A DNA stretch of 64,000 nucleotides, taken from positions 124,001 through 188,000 of the forward strand of contig NMRA01000665.1 in the NCBI GenBank assembly GCA_002633005.1. Direction: 5' to 3'. The notes beneath the pieces were generated by a model. It saw only the letters and a program-made list of their open reading frames with translations. It did no database searches and was not told the origin of the DNA. Position numbers and translations under genes: made by a program. Below, piece by piece: positions 13,182-26,195 of this stretch (position 1 is its first letter; each line of letters begins with the position of its first letter). This DNA is from Phoronis australis (Eukaryota > Animalia > Phoronida).

Positions 13182-14539
13182 TATCGATAACTCAACAAAA
13201 TCTTTTTTTCATTCCTATGCCGTATGGTGTACATGGAAGCATTCAATAATTTCCCTTCAGAGATATGTGGCACCTTGTTAGTTTCAACAGGCAGAAAGCT
13301 AGCATTTAAGAACCTTTTGGCGTATCATGATACACTGATATGTCAGCGACGTGGTTAAAATCTTTCCAGGCTTAATTAGTAACGGCGTTGTTTCTGGAAA
13401 ATTGCTCTATTGTGACATTATGTCTGAAATGAGGATACCTGTCAGTAATGAGTTGATTGACGTCAATGATTTGCATATTGTTCGTAAACAGGAAATTGGG
13501 CTGGGGAAATAAGCTGAGGGGTGATGAACAGATGTAATTGTAATTGCGTATAATGAAGCTTGCTGCAGTCGTTCCAGTGGACAAACAACTAAGTGGACAC
13601 CGCTTGCACAAGTACACTTGTTGCGCTATATGTCCACAAGGTGACACCACTGTTCACTAATGTTAGCTGGTGTTGTGAATGAAGCTGGACCCTAACCGCC
13701 CGTGCAGTTCTGTGATAGCAATCTCCCACAGTCTTTCAAGTGCATGCCAGATACAGCTATATGTATGCTTGCTTTTGGAATTGCTTAATATAAAATTTCT
13801 TACACTGAGATACAAAATTTGAAGATCTGGCCATTGGGATAACTCGCTGAAAACTCGAAAGGTGGCAGCTGTTTGTGCCTTTGGTTGTTATGTTATGTTG
13901 GGTTGAAAACGAGTACACTTCATCATATCTCAGCCACTTCATTGGTTTCTGATTTAGGCGTTAAAATACAATTTAAAAGGGTGATTTTTGCCAATTACAT
14001 GGAAATCTTGAAAGAAACTGACACTATAACGAATTTCGATGATATTTGAAATTCCGAAAATTCGATGGCCAACTACTGAGCAAATTCCAGTAGAGGGCTT
14101 GTGAATCAGAATTCATTTCGGAGATATTTTATGTCCGTTTAATGAAATACTTGGACTTGTAGGCCTATGCTTTTCTCTCCAAATTCAAATGGCGCCATGG
14201 GCCGTGTGAAATTTGCGACGACCGTTAAACGGCGGAGGTGGAAGTGGCGATTAGCGAGATGTTTTTGAAAACTAACCAATGGGCCAAAACCTTGGTAACC
14301 TGGGCTTGAGTAGGCCCCGAACTGTCGCTGTCCCATACAATAATGTTTCCAATGGCAAGTGTCCCAAAAATCCAAACACGCATAATTTTGTGAAAAATAG
14401 AACAAGAGATAAACCACTATTTTTGCATCTTCGATGTAGCTGTTATTGTGGAAATGCCTGGGCCCGATGTCACTAGTCCTGCAGTCGGCAGTACGGCACA
14501 CTTTGAGCGAACTCAGGACGAAATGTAACGCTGGAATCA

Positions 14540-14689
14540 CAGCTCCCACCTTGTTCGATTTGATAGCCCAACAATTAAGTTGGGAAGAACACCCTTGTTG
14601 CCAATATCTTAGACGACTGATTAACTTCATTCCGGCATTTATGGTTGGAGGGCCAGCTCTTTTGTTCGATAATTGCTCTAATCTCCAAT
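14540..14689 (+). repeat. Dispersed about 150-bp repeat, copy 1 (copy 2 inverted at about 25599-25755)
   Basis: ttgttcgat...agcccaacaa..gttgggaaga.caccc.tgt.gccaa.atctta.acgac.gattaac...atttatggttg.agggc..gctct..ttgttcgataattgctctaatctcc aligns to the reverse complement of 25599-25755. Confidence 0.8.
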
Positions 14690-14979
14690 AAGGTTAGCTT
14701 GACTGCTGCTAAAAAAAAAAGTTAAGTTATAACATATTTGAACATAAACCAATAGCATTTCTGAAATCCTCGTCAAATGGTGATCATGTTTAGTTTTTGA
14801 ATCGTCAAAATCGCACGTGGTCTGTAATAAGCGAGGTAAATAATTGGCCTGCCTGTTATCATACCACACAAATGACTGCTTAGCAGTCACGGTTACCAAA
14901 GAATTAAGCTATATGTTATCACACGCTCACAACCCTCTGCGTCTGGTAAAGTCACTGAACGGAAAAACGCCGTCATGTG

Positions 14980-15119
14980 CACTGGAGTCGACAGTGCCTT
15001 GAGGGTGGGTGAACGAGCCAGACCCTCACTCGACAGTGCCTTGAGGGTGGGTCCACCGAGCCGGACACTGGAGTCGACAGTGCCTTGAGGGTGGGTCACC
15101 AAGCCGGACACTGACTCGA
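14980..15119. repeat. Minisatellite, about 43-bp unit, about 3.3 copies
   Basis: Core TCGACAGTGCCTTGAGGGTGGGT repeated three times with related linkers. Confidence 0.9.
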
Positions 15120-16236
15120 TCGGCGACCTGCTACAACGCCTTATTTGTTGAAAATGCCTGTGTGTTAACTTGACTGCAAAACCACCAGACAAGGTTTCTA
15201 GCTTTCCGACAAGGAGACAAGCAATTCTATTAACAAGACTCACTGTCATTGAAATGGTCCGACATATTAACATAATCATTTGGCTTGGCGAAATGTTATA
15301 GTAATTACAGTTAGTTGTTGCCAGCATGCTCGTCACGTAATATGGCCCACCCCGACTAGCCAACTCATTGCAAATTGAGTTTCTCAGCGTCGGTGCTCCT
15401 GTAGCATTTTGTTTCGACTTTTCTGCAATTATTAACAAACCGAGGTTTAAACAACACGACAGGATACATAGCCAGGGTCGTGAGGAAAGAGGTAATTAGC
15501 GTCACACGAATGAATTTGAACCTGGGTCAAGTTGAGGCTACAGTGCCCGGTTCAGTGGATGAGACGTACATTCCCAACGGGGACTGAAACTAAACTCATT
15601 CTAAAAGTCTTGCGTAGTTTGTGTCATTCTATACTCACAGACGCAAACCTCTTCCATTATCATATCTTCTTTGACTAAAACCTGAGGTCTCACTTCAATG
15701 AAAACTCAATCCTCAGTGTGTTCAGCTTTTCAAATACTTAAGGATTTAGTTCATAAATTAGGCCGGGGGATCCCTACTTATTTTCAGTAACATTGAGAAT
15801 TCTAATTAGAGTTTATAATCGATTTGTATCAAAGCCAACTGATTTTCCAGGAGTTGTGCCAATGATACCACGACCACGGCCGCCCTAGGGTACAGAAATC
15901 CTCAAGTACTTAAAACAGTTTCCGATTTATTGTCCAAACACAATTCACAACAGAAAGTTGCAACTTTTCGGAGTAGAAGACGTTAACAAGAGCAATAATT
16001 TTGGTATACATTAACACCTCACGTTTCTTTACTAAAAGCGGCTACAAATTCGCCTTCTGACGACCCAGGGCTCTCAGCTGGCAGAGCTCACCCATATGGT
16101 GACCGACAGCACTGAAGTATGGTAGACAAAGCCGACACGGCAGGTTTAAGATTCCTTCGTAGCCATCTGAATTTCTAATGCCTCTAACCTCAGATCTCTA
16201 ACCTATATGCAATATATACATTTGATTAAATTCTTA

Positions 16237-16641
16237 AACAAGAGCAACGCAGAGCGTTGAAATGCGCCCACATACGGTATCCTTCTAGGGTTGTTTATTG
16301 GTACCATAAAGTGGCCAGTAGAGGGCATATATNCTAATAGGTGCCTACATACCAAATTTCATGAAAATCCGTTCAGGACTTTTGAAGATACAAAGGTAAG
16401 CGTAAAAACTAAAATTGCCACTAGGGGGCACACCGGTAGTCGGATCCGTCCGAAAGTTCGCATATGCCGTCCCTGCCATTCATGAATGGAACATATGTGC
16501 CAAATTTCATGAACGTATGTCAAAGGGTTTTGGAGATAAAGCAGCGGACGCCAGACGCCGGACGGACGCCGCCCGGACGGACGGACGGACGGATATGACG
16601 GCATAATTCGTCCACATATAAATATGTGGGCGCATAAAAAA
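16237..16641 (-). mobile_element. Helentron-associated non-autonomous element (HINE/DINE-1-like), both ends present
   Basis: Minus strand reads T-run, subTIR ATGCGCCCACATA with short inverted repeat, (GTCC)n microsatellite, 3' subTIR TATGTGGGGCGCAT, hairpin CAACGC-tct-GCGTTG, end CTCTTGTT. This is the established HINE architecture. N at 16333. Confidence 0.85.
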
Positions 16642-19600
16642 GGAAGAACAGATCCAAAAGTACGCTGGTGACGGGGCCTATACCATAATATAACCTGTCT
16701 AAGAATGGATGTGTAACTCAAAATTACCAACAACAGGTTGGGGCAAAAGACATATTTATGACTGCATTCATAAAAGGAAGATTTTGATAGTAGCACAAAA
16801 TACACAATAACCCCATTAGACTGGTTTAACCATTAGATTCAAAGGAAACAACTTTTGTGTGACACCTTGTTATTCTAGGTAGCTAGTAGGGGCCAACGAT
16901 TTCCATGAACACCTACGCCAAGCACACTTGGATTGGATTCTTAGTTCCCAATTTCGCCATTAGAAGTTTTACAAACTTAAGTTACAATTCACTGTATCTT
17001 TTAAGAGTATAAGTGAGAAATTGAACAAATGAACAACTCAGGATCAGTCTTTAGTACTTAACAACTTTGTTGCTAAAATACCTGCAGATCAAAGTCAACT
17101 TCTTATATTTGAGAAAATATTATATCAGTTTGACAAACAAGAATGGAATTTGAAATAAACTTTAAGTTCTTTGGTCCTAAAAAGAATAGAACATAATTCC
17201 TAAAAATTTGTAGTGTCCTACTCCTACAAACTAGATATCAGTGATTTCTACCTAGCACTAATCTGATGAGACTGATGACAGAATGAGAACAGTATACCTG
17301 TGCCGCACTGTCTCTGGGCTTTTAGGTGCCTGAACTTTGAACTTGTTGCTAAATCTCAAGATCCAATACATGTAAGAGTGAACTTGAAATACAGGAGGAA
17401 ACTTGATAAACATTCACCTTCAGCTTGACTAAAATTTGCACTGCACTAAATCAAATTACATGTTAATAAAAAAAAAAAAATTAACCAATCTTTTTTCAAC
17501 CATTGGTGACTGATCTTATTCACCAAACAATAATTAATTTAACCTCAATTCTTTGACACAAGTTAAGGTAAAAGAACAAATGAGTAATCACCAGCGCAAC
17601 CATTACAAGAATTCTTTACACTGAATAAAAAATTTCACCTGATTGCCCAAATAAATATTTAATTCCAACTTCACGCATACCAGATCTTGATATTAAGCAG
17701 GATTCCTAGTTCGCCCACAGCAATATGACCTCCATTAGGTCACGTGATGTGGCCAACAGGTGGCGTGCAGACAAGACTTAGACTGTGAGCTATAGGAGCT
17801 TATGGCTTAAGCAACAAACACCAGGACTGAGAAAATCTTGTAAAGGTGGATCTACTAGTAAACAAGAATATGTCAACACATGGTCTTACTTCTTAAAGCA
17901 GCTATAAACAGGTCTTCCGTCACAAGAAAAATATTTGATCTAGAGAACTTACCACAACATTATGATCCTCAAATTGTTCCCAGTAAAAATGTGTGATTTC
18001 TGGGCTTAAAAAAGTTAAATATTAAATTAAATTAAGGTAAATATTAAATTAAATTACGTTAAATTGTAGGCTCTGCAATTTGATTTGTCATGGCACGTCT
18101 TTTTTGGTTGAGCAGTCTCAAGGAAGGATGAGCTGCCAGATTTTTGTAAGAAACAAGATCAAATTTATACACCGCATATCGCAAATCCATAATTCTCTTT
18201 CATAACTGAAAGTTATATTTTACAATAATCATTCAGTGAATAATTGTAGTTATTACAATTTCCAAAAGGTGTTTTAACACACCATATATTGATACCTAAC
18301 CCGTAGTACAGTAATGTATACAGCACATTTGTGCAACAACTTAGACTGAGATTGCCACCTATAGTTAATACTGACATAGGTTTTGTCCAACTAAATTTAA
18401 ACATGGTATGGTACTCAACAAATATGGCATATCACACCAAAGATCTTTAAATTTCCACCAAATACAAGGGAAAATCTCTGACACCAATTTTAACAAAAAA
18501 ATAATTATTATAGTCAAAATTGATCACTTTCCTGTTTTAATGCTTCTAAAGTAGATACAAATGCTTACAATTTCTCAAAACATTGTCTGACGTTAGTTAT
18601 GGTATGAAACCAGATTTTACTGTAATTTCTTCACTTTAGTGAGCAGCTACACTTGTTTGCGTGACTTTCTCGTTACCTTCCTCCATTTGTCATTCTTCGC
18701 ATTATTTCACATCTGCCGTGTACGGTATGTTACTACATGTTTCAAAATATCACGTGTCTTTTAATCATGTCTCTTGGTCAGTTCCTTTACGAATGTTCTG
18801 TTGAATGTCGAACTTTGTTACAAGGATACAAACGGAATGGAATAAAGATAGACAACAGCAACAAGTGTGGAGTATTTAACCAATTTCTTGAACAGAAAAA
18901 TTTTCTTGTTCATTGCTCTCTACCACTACAAATGTTCCAAATTCTGCCAAAAGATGGCAGCAGTACAGTATAGTAGTTTTCAGAAAAACGTCACGATTTT
19001 CATCAAAATCAATCTGGCTTTGTTGAAGTAAGGACAAAAACCCAGAAGAAATTAAAATAAAATATCATATTAAATCAATTGAAAATTAGTGGGAAATTTT
19101 TGCTTAAAACTTTCTAGAATTTTCAACGGGAAGGCATTTCATCAATGTTTTCAGAAGACTACTGAAAAATGGAGCAAAGTTGCATTTTTGTAAATAAATT
19201 TGAAGTAAACAAAATTGCATTGTGCACACTTAATTGGATCATGCCTACATAATGTGATTCTTAAGAGCTGTACAAAAGATAATGTAGGGCCTAGACAACT
19301 GTCAACACTTGGGAACATCATACCTCAGAAATAACTGGTTGGATTCACAAGACACTTTTAGGTACGTCGCTTTAAGCCCTGTTCTCCAAAATGCCAGTAG
19401 GAGTTGTTTTTCAAATGTTCCACTTTTGCATGAGTGGCTAACAAAAACAGGACTTGTATGATTTTTAAGCAAAACTTGAAAGTTAATCAAATGAAACGAT
19501 AATTTTGAATACTGAAAGAGTGTTTTTGAGATTTTATTTTGGAATATTTATAAGAAACGAAATTTTATCTTATTGATCCTGTTGTTTTGCTATGGATGTT

Positions 19601-20623
19601 CCTTTCATTTTATTGAATTGGACTAAAAAGTTCATGTGAATTAATAAATGGCAGATGTGTATAAAATAAAAAAGAAAACATTAGGGATTTTCTACTTTCA
19701 AAAATATCAATTTTTGTCAAATTAAATGTTATAGTCAGATATTTGGCTAAAAGTATAGTCTTGTCAATATTGTTCTACAGAACCTTATCAACAAATCTAT
19801 GTATTTGACCAAATATCTACAAAACTGCTGATATTTGCTGAATGTGGAGAGCTTGTAGAATTTAATTTTTGACTTTATACGAATATGACATTAATTGGGT
19901 CACATGAATGTCAATTTAGCAAAACTACAATTCATACCAAAAGAACAGTATCAATAACATAACCTAATTTTGTTTGATAAAAATATTTGGTTAAAATCTC
20001 AAAAACGGTGTTCCATTCTTATAAATTATCACTTTGTTTTTGAATGTTTCGTCAAAACCATGGGAGTCCTAATTTTCAATAGTGTCACATGCAAAAACGA
20101 AACATTTTAAAACAAAAGAAGGAGACAGGTGTGATCCCCCAAAACCTCAAGTTTTTAACAAAGTTGAAAGCATCATAATAACTCATATATTATGTAAATG
20201 GACCAGGATGAGCCATAATCTACTGCATTTTTAACAAATGCTTTGGAGTACAGAGCATAAAGCTTTCAATCAGAAAGTTCCATAGGAATCCGATCAGCTG
20301 AGATAGTGTTTCAAAATTTTCCAAATTTGCACATTTTCGCAGGGTCCTGCCTAACCATAACTTCACTGTTCACTCTAAAGCTGCGCAGCTCAGGAAAGTA
20401 CAATATTACATGCCTAATCATGTCTTAGCTAACACAGCATGCTGCAAACATTCCTTGTCTTAGCGGCTAATAAATAACAATCAACAAAGAATTAACTATT
20501 AATATCACAAAACACAACATTAGCACGGGGCACCATCAGTACTTTGGACAAAATATTTCCATGCACTGAACCTTTTGAGAAGTATCATTAAGCACAAGAT
20601 GTAAAGAAGTACATTTCAATCCA

Positions 20624-20900
20624 CTATGAGATGACATTCAGCCACTCTTGAATGTTGTCCAAACTAATGTCGTCTGTCACCACCATTCCCTGGTGACTAA
20701 ACTCCAGTGCCACTTTCACATTTTCACTGTCATCGTCGAACAATGCTACTTCCTTTGGCTGTATGATCACATGACACCTGTTGTACAGTTCGGTGATAAC
20801 ACTTGTAATATGCTGCTGCTTGCCGAGTAGCATGGAATAGAGGCCATGTTCACGCACCCAGTCGCGAGTACTTGCCCGCACGATCACTCGGGACACTTCA
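20624..20900 (-). CDS. HAD-superfamily phosphatase, exon 2 (terminal)
   Basis: Acceptor tttgcag| at 20902-20901. (N)EVSRVIVRASTRDW...GKQQHI (motif III Lys)...VALFDDDSENV (motif IV)...EWLNVIS*. Phase 2 matches exon 1. Confidence 0.88.
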
Positions 20901-23282
20901 CTGCAAACAAGAATGTAAAGCGTGAGAGCAATTTTTACATCGAGATGAGTCAAGGACCTCGCTGACTTCGGGAAAGATGTCTGTGCCTTCTGAGAGGGAA
21001 AATATTTGGTTGAGGGGAGAATCCCCCCCATCTCGTTGTCGCCTCTCATCGCAAATTCACTAAGAAGCCAAAAATAAGGATTTAAAGAAATGATTCTAAC
21101 CTTGATGGAAATTGGGGGGTTAGGCCTGATGAGGGTGATTTCGTATAGGTGCCAACTGCAAAGGTTGAGGCATCAATGACAGTGTAATTTCATGTACTGG
21201 GGAATACCCGACACAGACACATCACTGGGGATATGGGGAGCCCAGTGTGTCCTGAGTGTGATATTGATGTTGAAACCCCTAAACACCTGATATAGTCTTA
21301 TATTTTTGAAAACAAAGTTTGTCAATAAAAACAAAATTATATCGAAGAAAACAGAAACGTAATTGTAACTGCCATCAAGGGCAATCCAAAGTATAAAAAA
21401 TAAAAATTGCGACAATATTAACATGTGTGGTCTTGTCTGAAAGCCTAATCTCATTAGTTTCAGAACCCATAATTGAGATATACCAGGAAATATGACGTCA
21501 TGTCCCCTGGTGTGAGCAGTGAAAAAATGGCCGGTTGCCGGTTTGGGCAACTGAATGAATGACTGTTTCATAAATAAGTTGGATTGCGGAAGTATTTACT
21601 TGGGCTAAGAAGAACTAAAGACATCAGCAGCCTCCTAAAGTGTTCCTCTATATTCATGAGTAAAAAGTAGTTATATAGTAGCATGACTTTGATGGCTTAA
21701 CCATTGCGAGTCATAATTCACCGGTATGGAGAGCCTATGGGATGACTACTGCCTCTACTGAGGACGACAGCCGAGATGGTGGCGTTGTCTAGATATAACG
21801 TGCCTACATTTTCGAAACCATTCTGATGCATTTTTCTTCACTCCAGTAGATCTGACTAGTGCCCAAAATCTTCCAACATACAGAATGGAGACGGATCACA
21901 GGGGCGGATCCACATTGCCAGAAATTTGTAACATGCACTACTGCGCATGCGCTAAATCTTGCCAGCAGCCCTCCATAAGAAATACACACCAACAGAGTAT
22001 AATCAGGAATTTAAAAGTGAGGGGAGATAACAACACAATTTGCCGATAGCCTGTTTCAAGGAGTGTACGTTAAGACGTGTTATTGTCACATATCAGCATC
22101 ACTGGTGAACATTTTTCCACATCTTTTGAAGTTTGAAGTTTGCCCCGTTCAGGCTTATGTTAACGATCATCCGAAAGCCAATATTTGAAGTCAAGTTTGT
22201 GGTGGAATTCATTTTGCCATCGGATTTGCCGATAGCCTACTAGGTGATAACCAGGAGTACTCAGAGGTTGCTGATCCAAATTTCTTGCTGTTTTTTGAAA
22301 AAATTTTCCACGTCTCTTGTGTTCAGAAAATGGATCCACGTACAGTGGTGTAACCAATCGCCTGGCTGTCTTGCAATAGAATTTGAGCTGTGTAGATGAG
22401 AGGTTAGCTCATAATTGGTAAGAAACTATATTACCGGTATGTTCATTTTGTTATCCGGTATGAATTTAAAAATACTTTTGAAGTTGGAAAAAAGTTGGAT
22501 TTTATACAGAATTATGCAGATTCGCCAGTAAGTAGTTGATTTTAAGTGTATCTTCAAACGTTATTTCGTTTTCTGTGATCTACAAATTATACAGGTGAAC
22601 ACATATCAGTCATTTGTTTCGTGATTGAATATATTGCAATTGTTATTCTGGTTAGAGGATTGTGCAAAGGTGAACATAATCACTACTGTGTCGCATTTTG
22701 TTGTATGGTCAAACACTGAAACAACGTGTTAGTGGCCGCCTTATATAGGCTTCAATAGTACGTTGTCCTTCGTCTTATTTCAACACTGTTACGTACTAGG
22801 ACTGGATTCCGCACGCAAATATGTATTAGCAAACCATATGGGCGGCACACCAAAGGGGGGGGGGGGGGGCCATAACCCCCCATCTATTTCAGTGCTGCAA
22901 TGCCCATGGTCTACGGACGGAGCACCACCAGGGGGCTGGGGAGCTATAGCCCCTCACTTTTTTCAGTGCTGCGCCGACCATGCAAACATCTGAAGATTAA
23001 TAAAATGCGCTTTGGCAGCCCACTCAAGCCAATGGCAAGCACAAAGTCGTTACACGGCTCAGTTGCTGGCGTTCAGTTCACGTTCACTTTTGTTGTGGTT
23101 CTGGGTACAAGTTAACAGAGAGCTGTGACCCCTGTGACCCAGCTAGCACTCTCACTCATACTGTACACTGTGAATTCCAGAAATTCCAATTACTGTTAGT
23201 GTTATTGTTAACTTGACAAGTATTGCTTTGCAGACACTGACTTTGGACTAGTGCCCAAGCTTCCTGACCTTTAACCTAACTA

Positions 23283-24859
23283 TAGACCTAATTCATGCAG
23301 CCAGTGGACATTAAAATCCAAAGCGAGGCTAACTGACATTGCGTGAGTCAAATGGCCGGTCTTTTGAGTCCAACCTGGATATTAAAACTTAAAAATGTGT
23401 CGATAATTAAACACAGAGATGTAGAAAAATATATTAGAGAACACGTTAAGAGTTATCTGGCAAAAGGGTATAATTTTTTTGTTAAACTAGGTTCGAAACA
23501 TGAAAAGTAAATATGACCAAACTGCGGCGATCATAGTTTTAAAGATTAGGTATTATACTGAATGCAGGGTTACTTTTCTTCTTGTAAATTGACAAAAATG
23601 CTTTCTACATGAACCAGGTCATCTGCTTGTATTGTTGAAGATAAATTCGACAGTGGTGGCTCATCGCATTTTGCTGTCATGTGCAAAATTAGTCACATCT
23701 GGTTTAATTTGTTGATCAAGAATATTAACATCAAGCATAGCCTAGGTCCTGGTGAGGTAGGGAGTAACAGTTGATTTGTCATTTATCTGAAACAATAACT
23801 GATGTTTTTAAATGCATTTCTTATTAAAATAAAAAACCAGGCTCGTAATTGAAAATAGAAATTTATTTGACCATTTTTTAAATTAAAGAAAAATTAAAAA
23901 TGAGCACATCCCCAGCAATCGCTGTCGCATTATATCAAGGTTCTCATTCACTCCCTTGCACACATTTACAAGTAATTATTTGACCATCAATTCTGCTTTC
24001 TTGGTTTTAATAATTCTTATGTCTATTTCATTTGTTAGGTTAATTTCAACAATTAATCTGGACCAAGTTGAACTTTAAAAATTAAAACACCTAATTCGTT
24101 CGTCCAAACCATAACATCTTTTTAGAGCTCCATTTCAGATAACTGGACAGAGCAAGCACAGTTATCATGTTTCTTCAGGGGTCTCGTTCATCCGAGGGGA
24201 AAGGTGCCTGTGCCTTCTGAGAGCGCAATTTTTTCGCCGAGTGCGGGGGAAAAATCTACCTACCGATCATCATCAATAGCACCCTGTTGCATGCTTTCAT
24301 AGGCTCTGTCTCAAATAGCATTTTGTGCTCTTTCAAACTGTCACCTGTGTGGTTACAGGTGAACTTCGGAGAGAACTTTTAAATCACTAGGGGAATTTTT
24401 AGGCCTCATGGAGGGAATTTCGGGGGATTTTTCAATGTTTTTGAGAGGGGAACAGGGCCGATATTCAGCCCCAAAATCTAGGAATTGAAGGCCCTGTCTG
24501 TTTTGGAAGGAAAAATGCATCATGTTTCAACCCGTAGTCATGAAAAGGCAGTCTGGCTGGCCGAAGATTCTCCGGTCGTTGTTATGATGCTCGGCAACCA
24601 AGATGCGACAAAATATGATCAAATTTTTTGAAAACATTTACACATTTTACACGAACATATTTTCCTTCATCGTCACTTATAGCAACGAATCAAAGCTTCC
24701 GAATGTCAACGTCTTTGGTGATTGTAAAACAGACAGTTCAGTGTCCTTATTTTTTCTAGTCGTTCGAGCAACGCGGAATATATACAACCAGTATGCCGAT
24801 AAGCCAACGGAGCGAGCCTCATTTTGGAACGCGCCTCCTGTCGGCGTGAATTAGGTCTA
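23283..24859. mobile_element. Non-autonomous TIR DNA transposon with TAG...CTA termini (Academ-like?) in the HAD intron
   Basis: TAGACCTAATTCATGCAGCCAG at 23283 versus CTGTCGGCGTGAATTAGGTCTA ending 24859 (about 22-bp imperfect inverted repeat). No TSD or ORF recognised. Family assignment is tentative. Confidence 0.6.
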
Positions 24860-25598
24860 TGCGCTATTATGATTGGATAGAGTCATGGCGCTAAGCGACA
24901 CCTAGTGAATCAAGAATGTTACAAATTTCCGGCGATGAGAATTTTGAGTTAGGGGGGCCAGAGCACAAGAATAACCAGAATTTCGCCGCTTGCTTGCTCC
25001 CAGCCTAAAATGTAGGGATGCAGGGGTCTCAAATTTTTGGGTCTGTGGACCTTATCATTAAAAAAAACGGTATCTATTACTAAAAAAATGGTAAACGGGG
25101 TTTGTTCAAGACTTATGCATAATGCATTCGCCCTCCGAGCCCCCTCAGGTGCATGCACATGCTAGTCAGCAATTCTCACCCCGAACTGCCAAATGGTATC
25201 TGGGAGAATTTTAGGGGGGCTATGCCCCCTCCCTCCCTAAATCCGCCACTGGATCATTTAGATGTGCCAGACCATCTAACATGACGGCGTTCTGTCGTTC
25301 AGCAACTCTTCCAGACGTGAGGGGTTCTGAACGTGCAATAACATCTGGCTCCTTTGTTAACTGCCCACCACAGTCTTTTGTCCAGTATGACAACAAGTAG
25401 GCCAATTATCTCCCAGGCTTCAAAGGGTTATCTGGCAGAATGGATTGTCTTAACTTCTGTTGTAGTTGGCAATTTTGGCGATTCAAAAACTAAACATGAT
25501 TAGCATTTGCAATTCAGAAATGCTATAGGTTTATGTTCAAATATGTTATAACTTTCATTTTCAGCAGCACAGCCCAGTCAGACTATAGATACGATCTG

Positions 25599-25755
25599 AT
25601 CGGAGATTAGAGCAATTATCGAACAAAAGAGAGCCAGCCCTTCAACCATAAATGACAGAATGGTGTTAATCGGTCGTGTAAGATGTTGGCTACAGGGGTG
25701 ATCTTCCCAACTTCTTGTTGGGCTATAGAGTATAGAATCGAACAAGTTGGGACTG
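25599..25755 (-). repeat. Dispersed about 150-bp repeat, copy 2
   Basis: Reverse complement aligns to 14540-14689. Confidence 0.8.
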
Positions 25756-25902
25756 CAACGGGAAAACGACATGGCGTAATGAAGCCTGAGGCTGAGGTCG
25801 GACAGTAGCCAATCCCTGAGCAGTTGAGAAGCACATCACACAGTGGTGGCATACAGCAGATATAACTTATCATCTTATTTTATGAATGAATGGCGTACTC
25901 AC

Positions 25903-26195
25903 TTTTTGGACATTTTTTTTCTAAGCACGTCTTTGATCAAGTCAGGTTGAGTGGAGTACGTAACAATACACAAGTACAGCCCCACATCGAGCACCGCTTT
26001 CATTAGCAATTCAAAACAAGGTCGAAAATGCTGTGACAATGCATCGCTGCCATCACGCCAATCTCCTTTGGTGTGCACGGAAACCAGAGTTTTATCAAAA
26101 TCCAAAGCAATCAACTTCAGTCCCTTTTCTTGCATTTGTTCGACGATAGAGCGTGCCGCTTGATAATTGGCTTCGTTTTTCCTCTTCTGACTCAT
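25903..26195 (-). CDS. HAD-superfamily phosphatase, exon 1
   Basis: MSQKRK...KLIALDFDKTLVSVHT (motif I DxDxT)...LCIVTYS (motif II)...KKMSK, donor AA|gtgagt at 25902. Alternative in-frame ATG at 26228. Spliced product about 189 aa. Confidence 0.88.

Noticed and set aside
14980-15119. Repeat-spacer-like pattern resembling a CRISPR array
   Set aside because: The linkers are short and similar to each other, there are no cas genes and the context is eukaryotic. It is an ordinary minisatellite.
14139-15438. 163-aa and 181-aa minus-strand ORFs
   Set aside because: They overlap a dispersed repeat and a minisatellite, and show no recognisable protein features.
16359-16805. 148-aa minus-strand ORF
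   Set aside because: It runs through the HINE element and its (GTCC)n microsatellite.
17465-17480. AATAAA followed by an A-run, suggesting a retrocopy tail
   Set aside because: No upstream processed ORF or TSD. Compatible with a simple A-run.
18032-20360. Possible large Kolobok-like element
   Set aside because: The terminal similarity is too weak to support a TIR pair.
20940-21140. Segment similar to 24185-24430 in the same intron
   Set aside because: Short diverged fragments of a common repeat (one hAT-like end at about 24477-24495). Boundaries cannot be defined.
22838-22982. G-rich GGGGCTATAGCCCC units, also at about 43297-43420 and about 25212-25251
   Set aside because: These look like common short hAT-type MITE remnants, too degenerate to delimit. 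No evidence of function.
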